A DNA stretch of 64,000 bases from Candidatus Magasanikiibacteriota bacterium (GTDB lineage Bacteria; Patescibacteriota; Patescibacteriia; Magasanikbacterales; GWA2-37-8). Shown in pieces: positions 50,297 through 59,842 of the stretch. Position numbers and translations under genes: made by a program. The notes under the pieces are model-generated. The model ran no database searches and was not told the DNA's origin. It saw only the letters and a list, made by a program, of their open reading frames with translations. The DNA is taken from assembly GCA_963840935.1 (NCBI GenBank), contig CAWJAS010000001.1, forward strand, positions 128,875-192,874, written 5' to 3'. Position 1 is the first letter of the stretch, and each line of letters begins with the position of its first letter.

Positions 50297-51364
50297 TTAC
50301 CCTGTCATTCCGATCGGATCTTTGTTGGCAGATTTCGGCTTCGTCTCGCTATGCGGGATTTCGCTGAGAAGGGCAGGTCAAAAGCTTAAAAAACGGGCTT
50401 TTTATTTTTATGATTTTGGCTAATTTTAGATAATAAATACTCTTGACAAAACCGCCAAAATGTACTATAGAATATTGGTGATTGCGATGGAAAGCTCTTT
50501 TTAGGAAGTCAAGAGAAAAAACAAAAACGGTAAGCCTTGGGTCTCGGCATAATGTCGGAACAAGAGGCGCGCCAAAGCGAAGGAGATAGAATCATGAGTC
50601 GGAAAGACAAGAAGGAATGGACGCTGGAGACACTGCTCTCGGTGGTCGGGTTCTTGTTCGAACTGTTGCGCGTGGTCGTCAACGCTCTGCGTGCCCGCAA
50701 TGGTACGGTGGACGACCTGCGTCGCCTGATCAGGGAGCCGAAGCTCGTCGATGATGTCTTTGACCTTATCGTCGGCGCGAAGAAACTCATCGGCTTCCAG
50801 GTCACCTACGATCAAGCCAAGGGATTGACGGAACTCATCAGGCGCGCCCTCGGTCCAAAAAACGTTAATAACTTCAATCACGACATGATGCCGTCGCGGT
50901 TCCCGCTCAAGGGGAGGAATGTCCGGACGGTTAACGTCCGGGTCGAACCTTTCCTTTCCGGTGAGACAGGCGAAGAGGCCGCGAAGCGCCTGACCGCCAC
51001 CGGCCACACCCTGGCCAACACCGGCGACTTGGTCGGCTTCCTCCATGAACATCCTAAGGAGGTGGAAAATTGGAGCTGGGTCATTTCTTTGAGCGGTGAC
51101 TCCCGTTGGAAGGACCCGAACGGCTATATCCTCGTGCCGTGCGCCCGCGTGAATGGTGCGTATCGCTTCTTTCGCCTTGACGACTTCGATGAAATATTCG
51201 GCTTCGACCGTGGCGTCCTCGTCCTTTGTGAGTAGATAGTCTTGGTCCTGCCAAAGGCGGGCAGGTCTAGTTATTTAATGTTCATTCGGCCCGACATAAA
51301 ATGTGTCGGGCTTTTTTTATAAAAATAACACCCGGATTTTTACTCCGGGATGTTGATGATTTGT
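50249..51364. mobile_element. ~1.07-kb insertion flanked by 46-bp direct repeats (50249-50294 and 51319-51364)
   Basis: 45/46 identical copy of the uvrD 3' end. Confidence 0.75.
50594..51235 (+). CDS. GC-rich protein with DGR-target-like C-terminus
   Basis: SD aaggag; TTGACA at 50443; C-terminus VPCARVNGAYRFFRLDDFDEIFGFDRGVLV. Confidence 0.7.
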   Translation: MSRKDKKEWTLETLLSVVGFLFELLRVVVNALRARNGTVDDLRRLIREPKLVDDVFDLIVGAKKLIGFQVTYDQAKGLTELIRRALGPKNVNNFNHDMMPSRFPLKGRNVRTVNVRVEPFLSGETGEEAAKRLTATGHTLANTGDLVGFLHEHPKEVENWSWVISLSGDSRWKDPNGYILVPCARVNGAYRFFRLDDFDEIFGFDRGVLVLCE

Positions 51365-51368
51365 GAAG

Positions 51369-51749
51369 CTATCCAATTATTCTATAGACTTGGCTCAAAT
51401 GCTGGTCAAAATTGTTGGGCAAGTTTGCTTGTGTTTTTGCGTCCCAAACTTTTAATAAAAATTGGTCCATATTCATCGGTTCTTTTTCTGCACCAAACCT
51501 GTTTATCAGTTCGTCGATTTTTCTTGGTTTTACGTCGGTCAGAATCAAAAAGTATTCGGTTGATTTTTTGCCGTCTATTTTAAAAAATTGGACATGATTT
51601 CCAAACATCTCCGCTTCTTCGGGGGTGGTGTTTTCCGCAATCAGGTCGTGCCAAGATTTGTAAATATTTTCCACGGACGGCAAAATTTCACCGGTTCTTT
51701 CTTGACCTTCGGAATCAATATATGTAAATGATGGGCTTTCTGAAGTCAT
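51369..51749 (-). CDS. Hypothetical protein
   Basis: 126-aa host-like ORF. Confidence 0.65.
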   Translation of the reverse strand: MTSESPSFTYIDSEGQERTGEILPSVENIYKSWHDLIAENTTPEEAEMFGNHVQFFKIDGKKSTEYFLILTDVKPRKIDELINRFGAEKEPMNMDQFLLKVWDAKTQANLPNNFDQHLSQVYRIIG

Positions 51750-51950
51750 ATGCGATTATTGTAAAATAATCGCTGAATTTTGTAAATATTAATTCCGTCG
51801 TTCACGAGCGACTGGATTGACAAAACAACAAAAAAATGTAATATTTTGTTTGACTGTTCATTTTAAAATCCAAAAAATCCCGCCAATTCGGCGGGTTCCT
51901 GGCCCGGGATTAGGGCATGGAGGCGGGCGATAACAAGCCCGAGGAGAGCA

Positions 51951-52562
51951 ATGTCGAAACCGTTGGAGGAAGTGAAGAAACTGACCATTGGCCAGCTGGC
52001 CGCGCTCGTGCACGCCATCGGCGGGCTTGTCGCGGTCAAGGCAATTCTTCGTGACAAGGGTCTGGCCAAACGGGTGGCCGAGTTCATCTGTAATGACGAG
52101 AAGGGAATCGTTAAAGTTGTCGGCATGTTCACGGCATTCGTGGATTACGCCAACCCGTCGTACCAAGAGCTCAAGTCGGCCTTCGATTGGGTCGATGACT
52201 GGTATGATCGGGCGATGTTCAAGACAATCGACATCTGTAAATCGGTTAGTCGTGAGCCCTGTGTAGTGGGGTTCGTCTACGTCCATATGGACCGCACCGC
52301 TTCCAGTAATGAGGTTTACGCCACGATGGAGACACGTGGATTGCGTCCGGCACTATACGAGGAACTCCTGGCGTTCGCCAAGGCCTACCCTGACGAGCAG
52401 AGGAAGTTTCATATTATCGCTCTTGGATCTTTCTGTGTGGGTGTGAGCGGTGGTCGCTACGTGGCGTACCTCAGCGATGTTGGCTATGGTCGTCGCCTGC
52501 GCCTGGATTTTTTTGAGCACGACTGGTTTGACAATTGCCGTTTTCTCGCTGTCAGCAAGTAA
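51951..52562 (+). CDS. GC-rich protein with DGR-target-like C-terminus
   Basis: GLRPALYEELLAF..YPDEQ; VAYL...G..RRL.L.F...W...CRFLAV. Confidence 0.75.
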   Translation: MSKPLEEVKKLTIGQLAALVHAIGGLVAVKAILRDKGLAKRVAEFICNDEKGIVKVVGMFTAFVDYANPSYQELKSAFDWVDDWYDRAMFKTIDICKSVSREPCVVGFVYVHMDRTASSNEVYATMETRGLRPALYEELLAFAKAYPDEQRKFHIIALGSFCVGVSGGRYVAYLSDVGYGRRLRLDFFEHDWFDNCRFLAVSK

Positions 52563-52603
52563 CGGTCATTGGCAACTTGGCTACTTGGTTCTTTCGTTTA
52601 CTT

Positions 52604-52644
52604 TTGGGCCCTTGGTACTTTGGTACCTTGGGCCCTTTTTTATT
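52604..52644 (+). terminator. 41-bp trailer hairpin shared with 53951-53991
   Basis: 39/41 identical; hairpin plus T tract. Confidence 0.75.
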
Positions 52645-53040
52645 TTAAGTTATCTCTAAATATTAATTGCAAATAAAAAAGGACCCACTTTACCCCGGGT
52701 CCAATAGGGTCTGTGCCTTTTTGGAACACTGTTGGTCGCGAGATGCGATGCTGGTTTGTGTTCGCATGCGACACATTTTTGGTCGCCACGACATTTGGTC
52801 GCAGTGCGACAACACGTTGTTCCTTAGGCGGTCCTTCGCACGCCGGTTTGGTTTCGCGCTAGGTCTGCCGGCTCATCATGACGTGCCTGCCTCCTTCTCT
52901 GTATTGGTTAGAGGTTTTTGGAATCTGAATAAAATGATAACATATTTTTTTGCAGATTGACAAGAGTTTCAAAATGTAATATGTTATTTTGTTAAATAGC
53001 GTTCTTTTTTATATCTCGGTTTTCTTTGGGCCAATATCAT

Positions 53041-53102
53041 TGTCATTCCCGCGAAGGCGGGAATCTGAGAAACGTGGATCCCCGATCAGGTCGGGGATGA
53101 CA
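53041..53102. repeat. REP-like palindromic element
   Basis: tgtcattcccgcgaaggcgggaatc...gatccccgatcaggtcggggatgaca; half copy at 18323-18349. Confidence 0.85.
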
Positions 53103-53195
53103 GTTGTTGATCAAAAGAAGACCGGGATACAAAACCGGCATCCTTTCGGCCAGTTTGGTCGGAAGTATTTCCCACTTTGGGAAAGGAGAACGCAA

Positions 53196-53906
53196 ATGAA
53201 CAGAAAAGTGTCGTTCAATGCCATTGCCCGTTTTATGGTGGAGCTTTCGGACGAGGAACAGCGGGCGATAGTGGAGAATCCCGGGCTCGTTCGGTTTTTT
53301 TTGGCTGATTTGGCCCGCGAGAAGGAGGATAACACCTTCTTCACCCACATCGCCGACAAGGACGCCCCGGCGCATCTCATAGACACGGTCGCCAAGTGGC
53401 GCAAGCTCGCGAGCGACATGGGCTACACCGGTCCGGTGCTCTGGCTGGTCAAAGCCGGCTTCACCCTGAAGAAGCATGCCCCGCTCGCTGGTCCCTGCTA
53501 CGAACAGTTCAAGTACCTGCAGGACTGGATCTTTCAGAACTACGAACCTACGGTCGACTCTACGGTGTTCTTCGTCCCTCGCATCATCGCGACGGGGAAG
53601 GACGCCGAGGAGCAGAAGCAGGTTCTCTCCAAGCTTCGCGCGAAGTACAAACTGTCGGCAAACCACTGCGACTCGTTCGGTTCGGTCGCACTCATCAGCG
53701 GTCTCATACTCGCGCACTTCAAGCGTACGGGCGAGCGCGCCCCTCTCAACGACGAGTGGGTGCGCACCAACACCTTCGACTCGGTCGGCGACCGGCTCTA
53801 CCTCGGCGGCTTCAACGAGTATGGGCTCAGCTGCGGCCGCCACTGGAGTGTCATCAGCCGTGGCCGACTCGGGGCTTTCCCGCTGGGGATCGAGTCGCTC
53901 GTCTAG
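53196..53906 (+). CDS. GC-rich protein with DGR-target-like C-terminus
   Basis: SD aaggag; C-terminus WVRTNT...RLYLGGF...GLSC..W......LGAFPLG. Confidence 0.7.
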   Translation: MNRKVSFNAIARFMVELSDEEQRAIVENPGLVRFFLADLAREKEDNTFFTHIADKDAPAHLIDTVAKWRKLASDMGYTGPVLWLVKAGFTLKKHAPLAGPCYEQFKYLQDWIFQNYEPTVDSTVFFVPRIIATGKDAEEQKQVLSKLRAKYKLSANHCDSFGSVALISGLILAHFKRTGERAPLNDEWVRTNTFDSVGDRLYLGGFNEYGLSCGRHWSVISRGRLGAFPLGIESLV

Positions 53907-54134
53907 GCCGATTTGCTCTTTCATCATCTTTTGCCTGTCGGCAGGCAAGCTTGGGTCCTTGGTACTTTGGTATCTTGGGCCCTTTTTTATTCCCTTGACA
54001 AACTCCGCCTCATCATATATCCTATTCACGAACGTTAAAACTTTGCCTTGGCCCATCTAACCAAGGCAAAGAGTAAACCTTTAGCAAAAATCGTGGCTGA
54101 TTTTAACAAAGGTCAGCTTTTTTATTTAAAAATT

Positions 54135-54563
54135 ATGCCAACAATTAACCAAGTGCTTCGGAAAGGACGCAAAGACAAGGTCACCAAGTCAAAGACTCCG
54201 GCTTTGCAGTTCATGACCGACAACCTGCACCGCAAGAAAACCGTGCTCGCCAAGGGTTCGGCTTTCAAACGCGGAGTGTGCACCAAGGTGTACACTACCA
54301 CTCCAAAGAAACCGAACTCGGCTCTTCGCAAAGTCGCCAAAGTCCGTTTGAGTAACGGCATGGAAGTAATCGCCTATATTCCGGGCGAAGGACACAACCT
54401 TCAAGAACACTCCATCGTGCTTTTGCGTGGTGGTCGTGTGAAAGATTTGCCGGGCGTGCGCTATCACATTGTGCGCGGAGTTTATGATACTCAAGGAATT
54501 GAATCTCGCCGACGCGGTCGAAGCGTCTACGGCACCAAGCGTCCGAAAGCGAAGAAAGCGTAA
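54135..54563 (+). CDS. rpsL: 30S ribosomal protein S12
   Basis: [10 protein letters not shown] and [12 protein letters not shown] motifs. Confidence 0.99.
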   Translation: MPTINQVLRKGRKDKVTKSKTPALQFMTDNLHRKKTVLAKGSAFKRGVCTKVYTTTPKKPNSALRKVAKVRLSNGMEVIAYIPGEGHNLQEHSIVLLRGGRVKDLPGVRYHIVRGVYDTQGIESRRRGRSVYGTKRPKAKKA

Positions 54564-54584
54564 TGATACATAACATATAATACT

Positions 54585-55061
54585 ATGCGTGGAAAAAAAG
54601 CAGTAAAGCGCCTTGTAATGCCTGACGCAAAATACGGCAACGCGCTTTTGGGAAAATTTATAAATTATTTGATGGTTGGCGGAAAAAAGTCCACAGCCCA
54701 AAAAATCGTTTATGGCGCTTTGGAAAAAGCATCCGCTGAATCAAAAAAAGACGCCATAAAATTATTTGAAGAGGCGATTAGAACTGTCGCGCCTCAAGTT
54801 GAGGTTCGCTCAAAAAGAGTCGGCGGAGCAAATTATCAAGTGCCGTTGCCGGTTAGGGGTGAACGCCAAAACGCTTTGGCTTTTCGCTGGATTATTGACG
54901 CGGCCAGAGCCAAAAAAGGCCAGCCGATGCTTGATAGACTCGCGACCGTTCTTAATGAATCGGCGCAAGGTTTGGGAGACGCCATCAAAAAACGTGATGA
55001 CGTTCACAGAATGGCCGAAGCCAACAAGGCCTTCGCTCATTTTGCGCGCTTCGCCAAATAA
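54585..55061 (+). CDS. rpsG: 30S ribosomal protein S7
   Basis: RVGGANYQVP and HRMAEANKAFAH motifs. Confidence 0.99.
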   Translation: MRGKKAVKRLVMPDAKYGNALLGKFINYLMVGGKKSTAQKIVYGALEKASAESKKDAIKLFEEAIRTVAPQVEVRSKRVGGANYQVPLPVRGERQNALAFRWIIDAARAKKGQPMLDRLATVLNESAQGLGDAIKKRDDVHRMAEANKAFAHFARFAK

Positions 55062-55085
55062 ATTCAAAAATTATAATTTTAATTT

Positions 55086-57161
55086 ATGCCTCGTGAATAT
55101 ACATTAGAAAAAACACGAAATATCGGCATCATGGCTCATATCGATGCCGGGAAAACAACAATTTCCGAGCGTGTTTTGTTTTACACCGGTAAAAAACATA
55201 AGATCGGCGAAGTGCATGAAGGCGCGGCTGAAATGGATTGGATGGAACAAGAAAAGGAACGCGGTATCACCATTACTTCCGCCGCCACCACTTGTTTTTG
55301 GAAAAGCCATCGCATTAACTTGATTGACACTCCAGGACACGTGGATTTTACCGTGGAAGTGGAGCGCTCGCTCCGCGTGCTTGATGGCGCGGTCGCTGTT
55401 TTTGACGGTTCGCAGGGTGTTGAACCGCAATCAGAAACCGTTTGGCATCAGGCCTCAAAATATCATGTTCCCCGAATCGCTTTTGTAAATAAAATGGATA
55501 AGATGGGCGCGGATTTTTATATGAGTTTGGATTCCATTCGCGAACGCTTGTCAGAGGAAGCATATGCCATTGAATTGCCGATTGGCGCCGAGGGAACTTT
55601 TAGCGGAGTGATTGATTTGATTGAAGAAAAGGCCTATAAGTTTGAAGGAAAAAATGGAGAAATAATGACAGAAATTCCCATCCCTGATGATATGACGGAA
55701 AAGGTAAAAGAATATCGCGCCAAATTAATGGAAAAAATCGCTGAAGCGAATGATGAGTCAATGAATAAATATTTGAACGGTGAAACTTTTTCTCCGGAAG
55801 AAGCAAAAAAATTGATTCGTGAAATGGCTTTGGCTAACAGATTAAACCCGGTAATGTGCGGTTCGGCTTTGGCAAATATTGGCATCCAATTGATGCTTGA
55901 CGCGGTCATCGCCTATTTGCCGGCTCCGACCGATTTGCCTCCGATTGAAGGAACCGACATGGATAGCGGAGAAAAAATAACTCGTCAGGCGACTGATGAA
56001 GAACATTTTTCCGCCTTGGCTTTTAAAGTGGCCACCGACCCGTTTGTCGGTAAATTAATTTTCTTCCGAGTTTATTCCGGTTCGGTAAGCGCCGGTTCAT
56101 ACATATATAATTCTTCAAACGGTGAAAAAGAACGCATCGGGCGAATTGTTCGTTTGCATGCCAATCACCGAGAAGACGTGACCGATGTTTATTCCGGAGA
56201 GATTGCCGCCGCCATCGGGCTCAAAGCCACGGTGACAGGGGACACTCTTTGTGATGAGAATCATCCTATAGTTTTGGAAAAAATTATTTTCCCGGAACCG
56301 GTTATTTCGGTCGCTATTGAACCAAAAACCAAAGTTGACCAAGAAAAAATCGGCATGGCCATGCAAAAATTGGCCGAAGAAGACCCGACTTTCAAAGTCC
56401 ACACCGATGAAGAAACTTTACAGACGATTATTGCCGGCATGGGTGAATTGCACTTGGATATTTTGGTTGACAGAATGAAGCGCGAATTCAAAGTAGAGGC
56501 CAATGTTGGCGCTCCGCAGGTGGCCTACAAAGAAACTGTTCGCAATTCCGCGGAAGCCGAAGGCAAATACATCAAGCAATCGGGCGGACGCGGACAATAT
56601 GGTCATTGCTATTTGCGAGTAGAACCGCAAGAGCCGGGCAAGAGTTTTGAATTTATTGATGAAATTAAAGGCGGTGTAATTCCGCGTGAATATATTCCGG
56701 CGATTGAAAAGGGTGTTAAGGAATCTTTGACTCGAGGTATTCAGGCCGGTTATCCGGTGGTTGATGTTAAAGTGACTTGTTTTGACGGTTCATATCACGA
56801 AGTTGACTCTTCGGAAGCGGCCTTTAAAATGGCCGGTTCAATGGCCTTCCAAGACGCTTGCAGAAAAGCCAATCCGGTAATTTTGGAACCGGTTATGAAA
56901 GTGGAAGTGGTGACACCGGAAAGTTTTATGGGCGATGTGATTGGCGACTTGAACTCCAAGCGCGGGCAGATTGAAGAAATGACAGACCGCGGTCCGATGA
57001 AAGTGGTCAAAGCCAAAGTACCGCTTGCCTCAATGTTTGGTTATGTCACTTCTCTGCGCAACATGAGTCAGGGCAGGGCAAACTCCACCATGGAATTCAG
57101 CCATTATGCCGAAGTTCCGAATAATGTGGCTCAGCAGATTATTGAAGGAAAGAAAAAATAA
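55086..57161 (+). CDS. fusA: Elongation factor G
   Basis: [17 protein letters not shown] and NKMD motifs. Confidence 0.99.
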   Translation: MPREYTLEKTRNIGIMAHIDAGKTTISERVLFYTGKKHKIGEVHEGAAEMDWMEQEKERGITITSAATTCFWKSHRINLIDTPGHVDFTVEVERSLRVLDGAVAVFDGSQGVEPQSETVWHQASKYHVPRIAFVNKMDKMGADFYMSLDSIRERLSEEAYAIELPIGAEGTFSGVIDLIEEKAYKFEGKNGEIMTEIPIPDDMTEKVKEYRAKLMEKIAEANDESMNKYLNGETFSPEEAKKLIREMALANRLNPVMCGSALANIGIQLMLDAVIAYLPAPTDLPPIEGTDMDSGEKITRQATDEEHFSALAFKVATDPFVGKLIFFRVYSGSVSAGSYIYNSSNGEKERIGRIVRLHANHREDVTDVYSGEIAAAIGLKATVTGDTLCDENHPIVLEKIIFPEPVISVAIEPKTKVDQEKIGMAMQKLAEEDPTFKVHTDEETLQTIIAGMGELHLDILVDRMKREFKVEANVGAPQVAYKETVRNSAEAEGKYIKQSGGRGQYGHCYLRVEPQEPGKSFEFIDEIKGGVIPREYIPAIEKGVKESLTRGIQAGYPVVDVKVTCFDGSYHEVDSSEAAFKMAGSMAFQDACRKANPVILEPVMKVEVVTPESFMGDVIGDLNSKRGQIEEMTDRGPMKVVKAKVPLASMFGYVTSLRNMSQGRANSTMEFSHYAEVPNNVAQQIIEGKKK

Positions 57162-57230
57162 ACCCGTCGCTCTCGAGCGGCAGGTTAAATTAAAAAAACA
57201 CCTTGACGAGTATCAAGGTGTTTTTAATTA

Positions 57231-57434
57231 TTACGCGGCTTTTTTAAACCAACCTTTTTCTAAATCTGTTTCGGCGACACCATCTGTTTCGGCGACACCA
57301 TCTGTATTATCGACATCAGTAACCGTCTCAGCGGTAATGTCTCCATCGGTTGGCAATTTTTCTTTTTCAACGCTTTTGTCTTCTATAAACCACTCTTTTT
57401 CTTGTGGGTCAAGGCCCGGTGTTTCTCCGATCAT
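57231..57434 (-). CDS. Small acidic protein with an 18-bp tandem repeat
   Basis: TDGVAE twice; ends KKAA. Confidence 0.55.
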   Translation of the reverse strand: MIGETPGLDPQEKEWFIEDKSVEKEKLPTDGDITAETVTDVDNTDGVAETDGVAETDLEKGWFKKAA

Positions 57435-57463
57435 ATTTTAGTTATTATAGGCATAACATGCCT

Positions 57464-57703
57464 TTATTTAGATTTTTTTTCACTATAATTTTTTGCCATT
57501 ATTTCCTCCCATAATTTTTTTAGTCGAGCTCTATCTTCTGTGTGTTGCCTCAATTTTTCTTCTGTTTCCAAATTTTCATCAATTTCATCGTCCAGTTGTT
57601 TTTGAAATTCTTCAACCGGGTCCCATGAACCCAACTCTCTTGTATCAATTAAATGAGATCCTTCTCCCGACCTCTTCATGTATAACGGGTTTTGTTTTTC
57701 CAT
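57464..57703 (-). CDS. Small acidic hypothetical protein
   Basis: 79-aa ORF with operon-like spacing. Confidence 0.55.
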   Translation of the reverse strand: MEKQNPLYMKRSGEGSHLIDTRELGSWDPVEEFQKQLDDEIDENLETEEKLRQHTEDRARLKKLWEEIMAKNYSEKKSK

Positions 57704-57738
57704 ATTATTTTTTTATCACGGCTTATTTGCCGTATAAT

Positions 57739-58131
57739 TTATGCCGCTTTTTCGTGGCGGTGTGGAAATTGTTCGATTTGAGTTTCTTTATCGTCTTCAC
57801 CAAATGAAACATCTAAAGCTCCTTCCATATCAACTTGATGTTTTAAATTAGTAAACGCTTCGCGAGTTCCGGATTGAGTGTTGTCGCTTGGACCGCCTGT
57901 TCGTATTCTTTTATCCCAATCTTCGGCGACAGCTTTTTCTTCAATTCTGTTCGCATCCCAGCCCGGACGATACTTATCGCTGGTTGTAACCGTGGAAACC
58001 ATTTCATTTCTTATATCTCCCGGCGGATATTGAAGCGCTGATTCGTCGGTTGGCAGTTTTTCTGATGGTCGTGCTTTTGGCGCTTTCCATTCTCGATTTT
58101 GTTTTTTTGCTCCAAAAAATGATTTAAACAT
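57739..58131 (-). CDS. Hypothetical protein
   Basis: Minus-strand TTGACA/TATAAT upstream; shares EKLPTD with the ORF at 57231. Confidence 0.6.
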   Translation of the reverse strand: MFKSFFGAKKQNREWKAPKARPSEKLPTDESALQYPPGDIRNEMVSTVTTSDKYRPGWDANRIEEKAVAEDWDKRIRTGGPSDNTQSGTREAFTNLKHQVDMEGALDVSFGEDDKETQIEQFPHRHEKAA

Positions 58132-58351
58132 ATATAAATATTAAGATAACCTATATATTATACCATATTTTTTGGGTTTTGTCAATACCCATTTGGCTAA
58201 AATTAGCCAAAAAGCATATTTTATTATTAAAAAATTAATTGTTAACAAGTTAAAGTTAAAAAAGCATTGACTAAACAACGCGGGAGGTTTAAGATTATTT
58301 GGTTCGATTTTATAGTTCATTTACAATCGGTTTCACAAAAAAGGAGGGAAA

Positions 58352-59734
58352 ATGTGCGGGATTGTGGGTGTGATCGGCGATCCGTTCGCCGGCGTTATTT
58401 GCCTTGAAGGGGCGAGGGGAATCAACCATCGCGGGCAAGATGGCGCCGGTATCGCGTGGGCCGATTCAAAAAAACGGAATTCATTGCTTGTGAAGAAGGG
58501 TGTCGGGCTTGTCCGTGAAGTATTTGCCGAAGAAAGTTTCAAAAAAGAGCTTTCGGGCGATATTTCAATCGGCCATGTCCGGTACTCAACAACAGGCGGG
58601 ATTACGGAGGAATCTTGCCATCCTTTTTCTATCAACAGTTTTGCTCTTGCCGCTAACGGCAACTTGGTGCCGAGCGCGATAACTCGTCTTCAAGGTTTGC
58701 TCAAATCTGAGCAACATCAAATCAAAAGCGATTCCGATTCCGAGTTGATGGCCTTGTTCATTTATCGTTATCTCAACGAAGGCAATTCTTTGGTTGATGT
58801 TATTACTGAGGTGATGCAAACTTTTGTTGGCGCATATTCAATAGTGATGATTTACAATGACCTGATGATTGCTTTTCGCGACCCTTTGGGTATCAGGCCT
58901 TTGCATTTTGGCAAGTACCAAAAGAGCGACCGAGCAAACGACCGCACATGGTTTGTTGCCTCGGAAACAGTCGCTTTTGATCGTGTTCGGGCAGTTCCCA
59001 CGCGAGCGGTCAGACCGGGTGAGATGATTGTTTTTCGGGCCGACGGGACCGAGCCTGAATACCACCAGCTTGTTTCAGGACTTAAACCGAAACGTTGTTT
59101 GCTTGAGGACTGCTATTTTTCTCGTCCGGATTCTGTTGACGATTACCCCATTGGTTATTGTCGCGAGGTCTGCGGTCGTTTTATGGCCGAGAATCATCCA
59201 GCAGTAGCAAACATCGTTGTCTCTGTCCCGGATTTAAGCCTCTTGTTTGCCGAAGGATTTTCTATTGGCGCGGGAATTTTTTTGCGTCACGGCTTTATCC
59301 GAAGCCATGATGCTGGCCGGACATTCATTGACGGACGCACCCAAGATGAGTCCGTTAGGCACAAATATAACCTAATGCGTTATATTTTGGACGGTAAGAT
59401 GATAGTTTTGTGCGATGATTCGCTCATTCGCGGAAAAACAATGATTAGCTTGGTGCGCATGCTCAAAGATAGCGGAAAGGTAAAAGAGGTTCATTTGAGG
59501 CTCAGTTTCCCGGAAGTCATTTCCGAGTGCTACTACGGCATCAACATTGCCACCAAAAAAGAATTGTTGGCCAACCGCATTCCCGATATTCGCGCGCGAA
59601 CTGATTTTCTTGGCGTTAATTCGCTCGCCTATCCGTCGATAGACGAAATGACCGAGATACTTTCCGAACTCGGCTGTTCCATCGATAACTACTGCACCGC
59701 CTGCTGTACCGGAGAATACCCCACAAAATTGTGA
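58352..59734 (+). CDS. purF: Amidophosphoribosyltransferase (divergent, Fe-S type)
   Basis: MCGI, HRGQDGAG, GHVRYST, YFSRPDS, DDSLIRG.T, CYYGI and CTAC motifs. Confidence 0.9.
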   Translation: MCGIVGVIGDPFAGVICLEGARGINHRGQDGAGIAWADSKKRNSLLVKKGVGLVREVFAEESFKKELSGDISIGHVRYSTTGGITEESCHPFSINSFALAANGNLVPSAITRLQGLLKSEQHQIKSDSDSELMALFIYRYLNEGNSLVDVITEVMQTFVGAYSIVMIYNDLMIAFRDPLGIRPLHFGKYQKSDRANDRTWFVASETVAFDRVRAVPTRAVRPGEMIVFRADGTEPEYHQLVSGLKPKRCLLEDCYFSRPDSVDDYPIGYCREVCGRFMAENHPAVANIVVSVPDLSLLFAEGFSIGAGIFLRHGFIRSHDAGRTFIDGRTQDESVRHKYNLMRYILDGKMIVLCDDSLIRGKTMISLVRMLKDSGKVKEVHLRLSFPEVISECYYGINIATKKELLANRIPDIRARTDFLGVNSLAYPSIDEMTEILSELGCSIDNYCTACCTGEYPTKL

Positions 59735-59842
59735 AACCCGCCGGTTCTTTCACGTCATAACCGCCTCGTTTTTTCGAGGCGGTTTTCTTGACTTTTTTTA
59801 TAAAAATAATATATACTGGTCAAGAGTAAATAATAATAATTT

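Noticed and set aside
50300-54000. Complete DGR (RT, template repeat, Avd) in the window
   Set aside because: No reverse transcriptase motifs and no adenine-variant copy of any gene end were found.
50400-54000. Prophage
   Set aside because: No structural, terminase or integrase genes; the genes are independent single units.
53043-54060. Overlapping ORFs of 337, 200 and 194 aa
   Set aside because: Alternative-frame shadows of a GC-rich gene; no SD or recognisable motifs.
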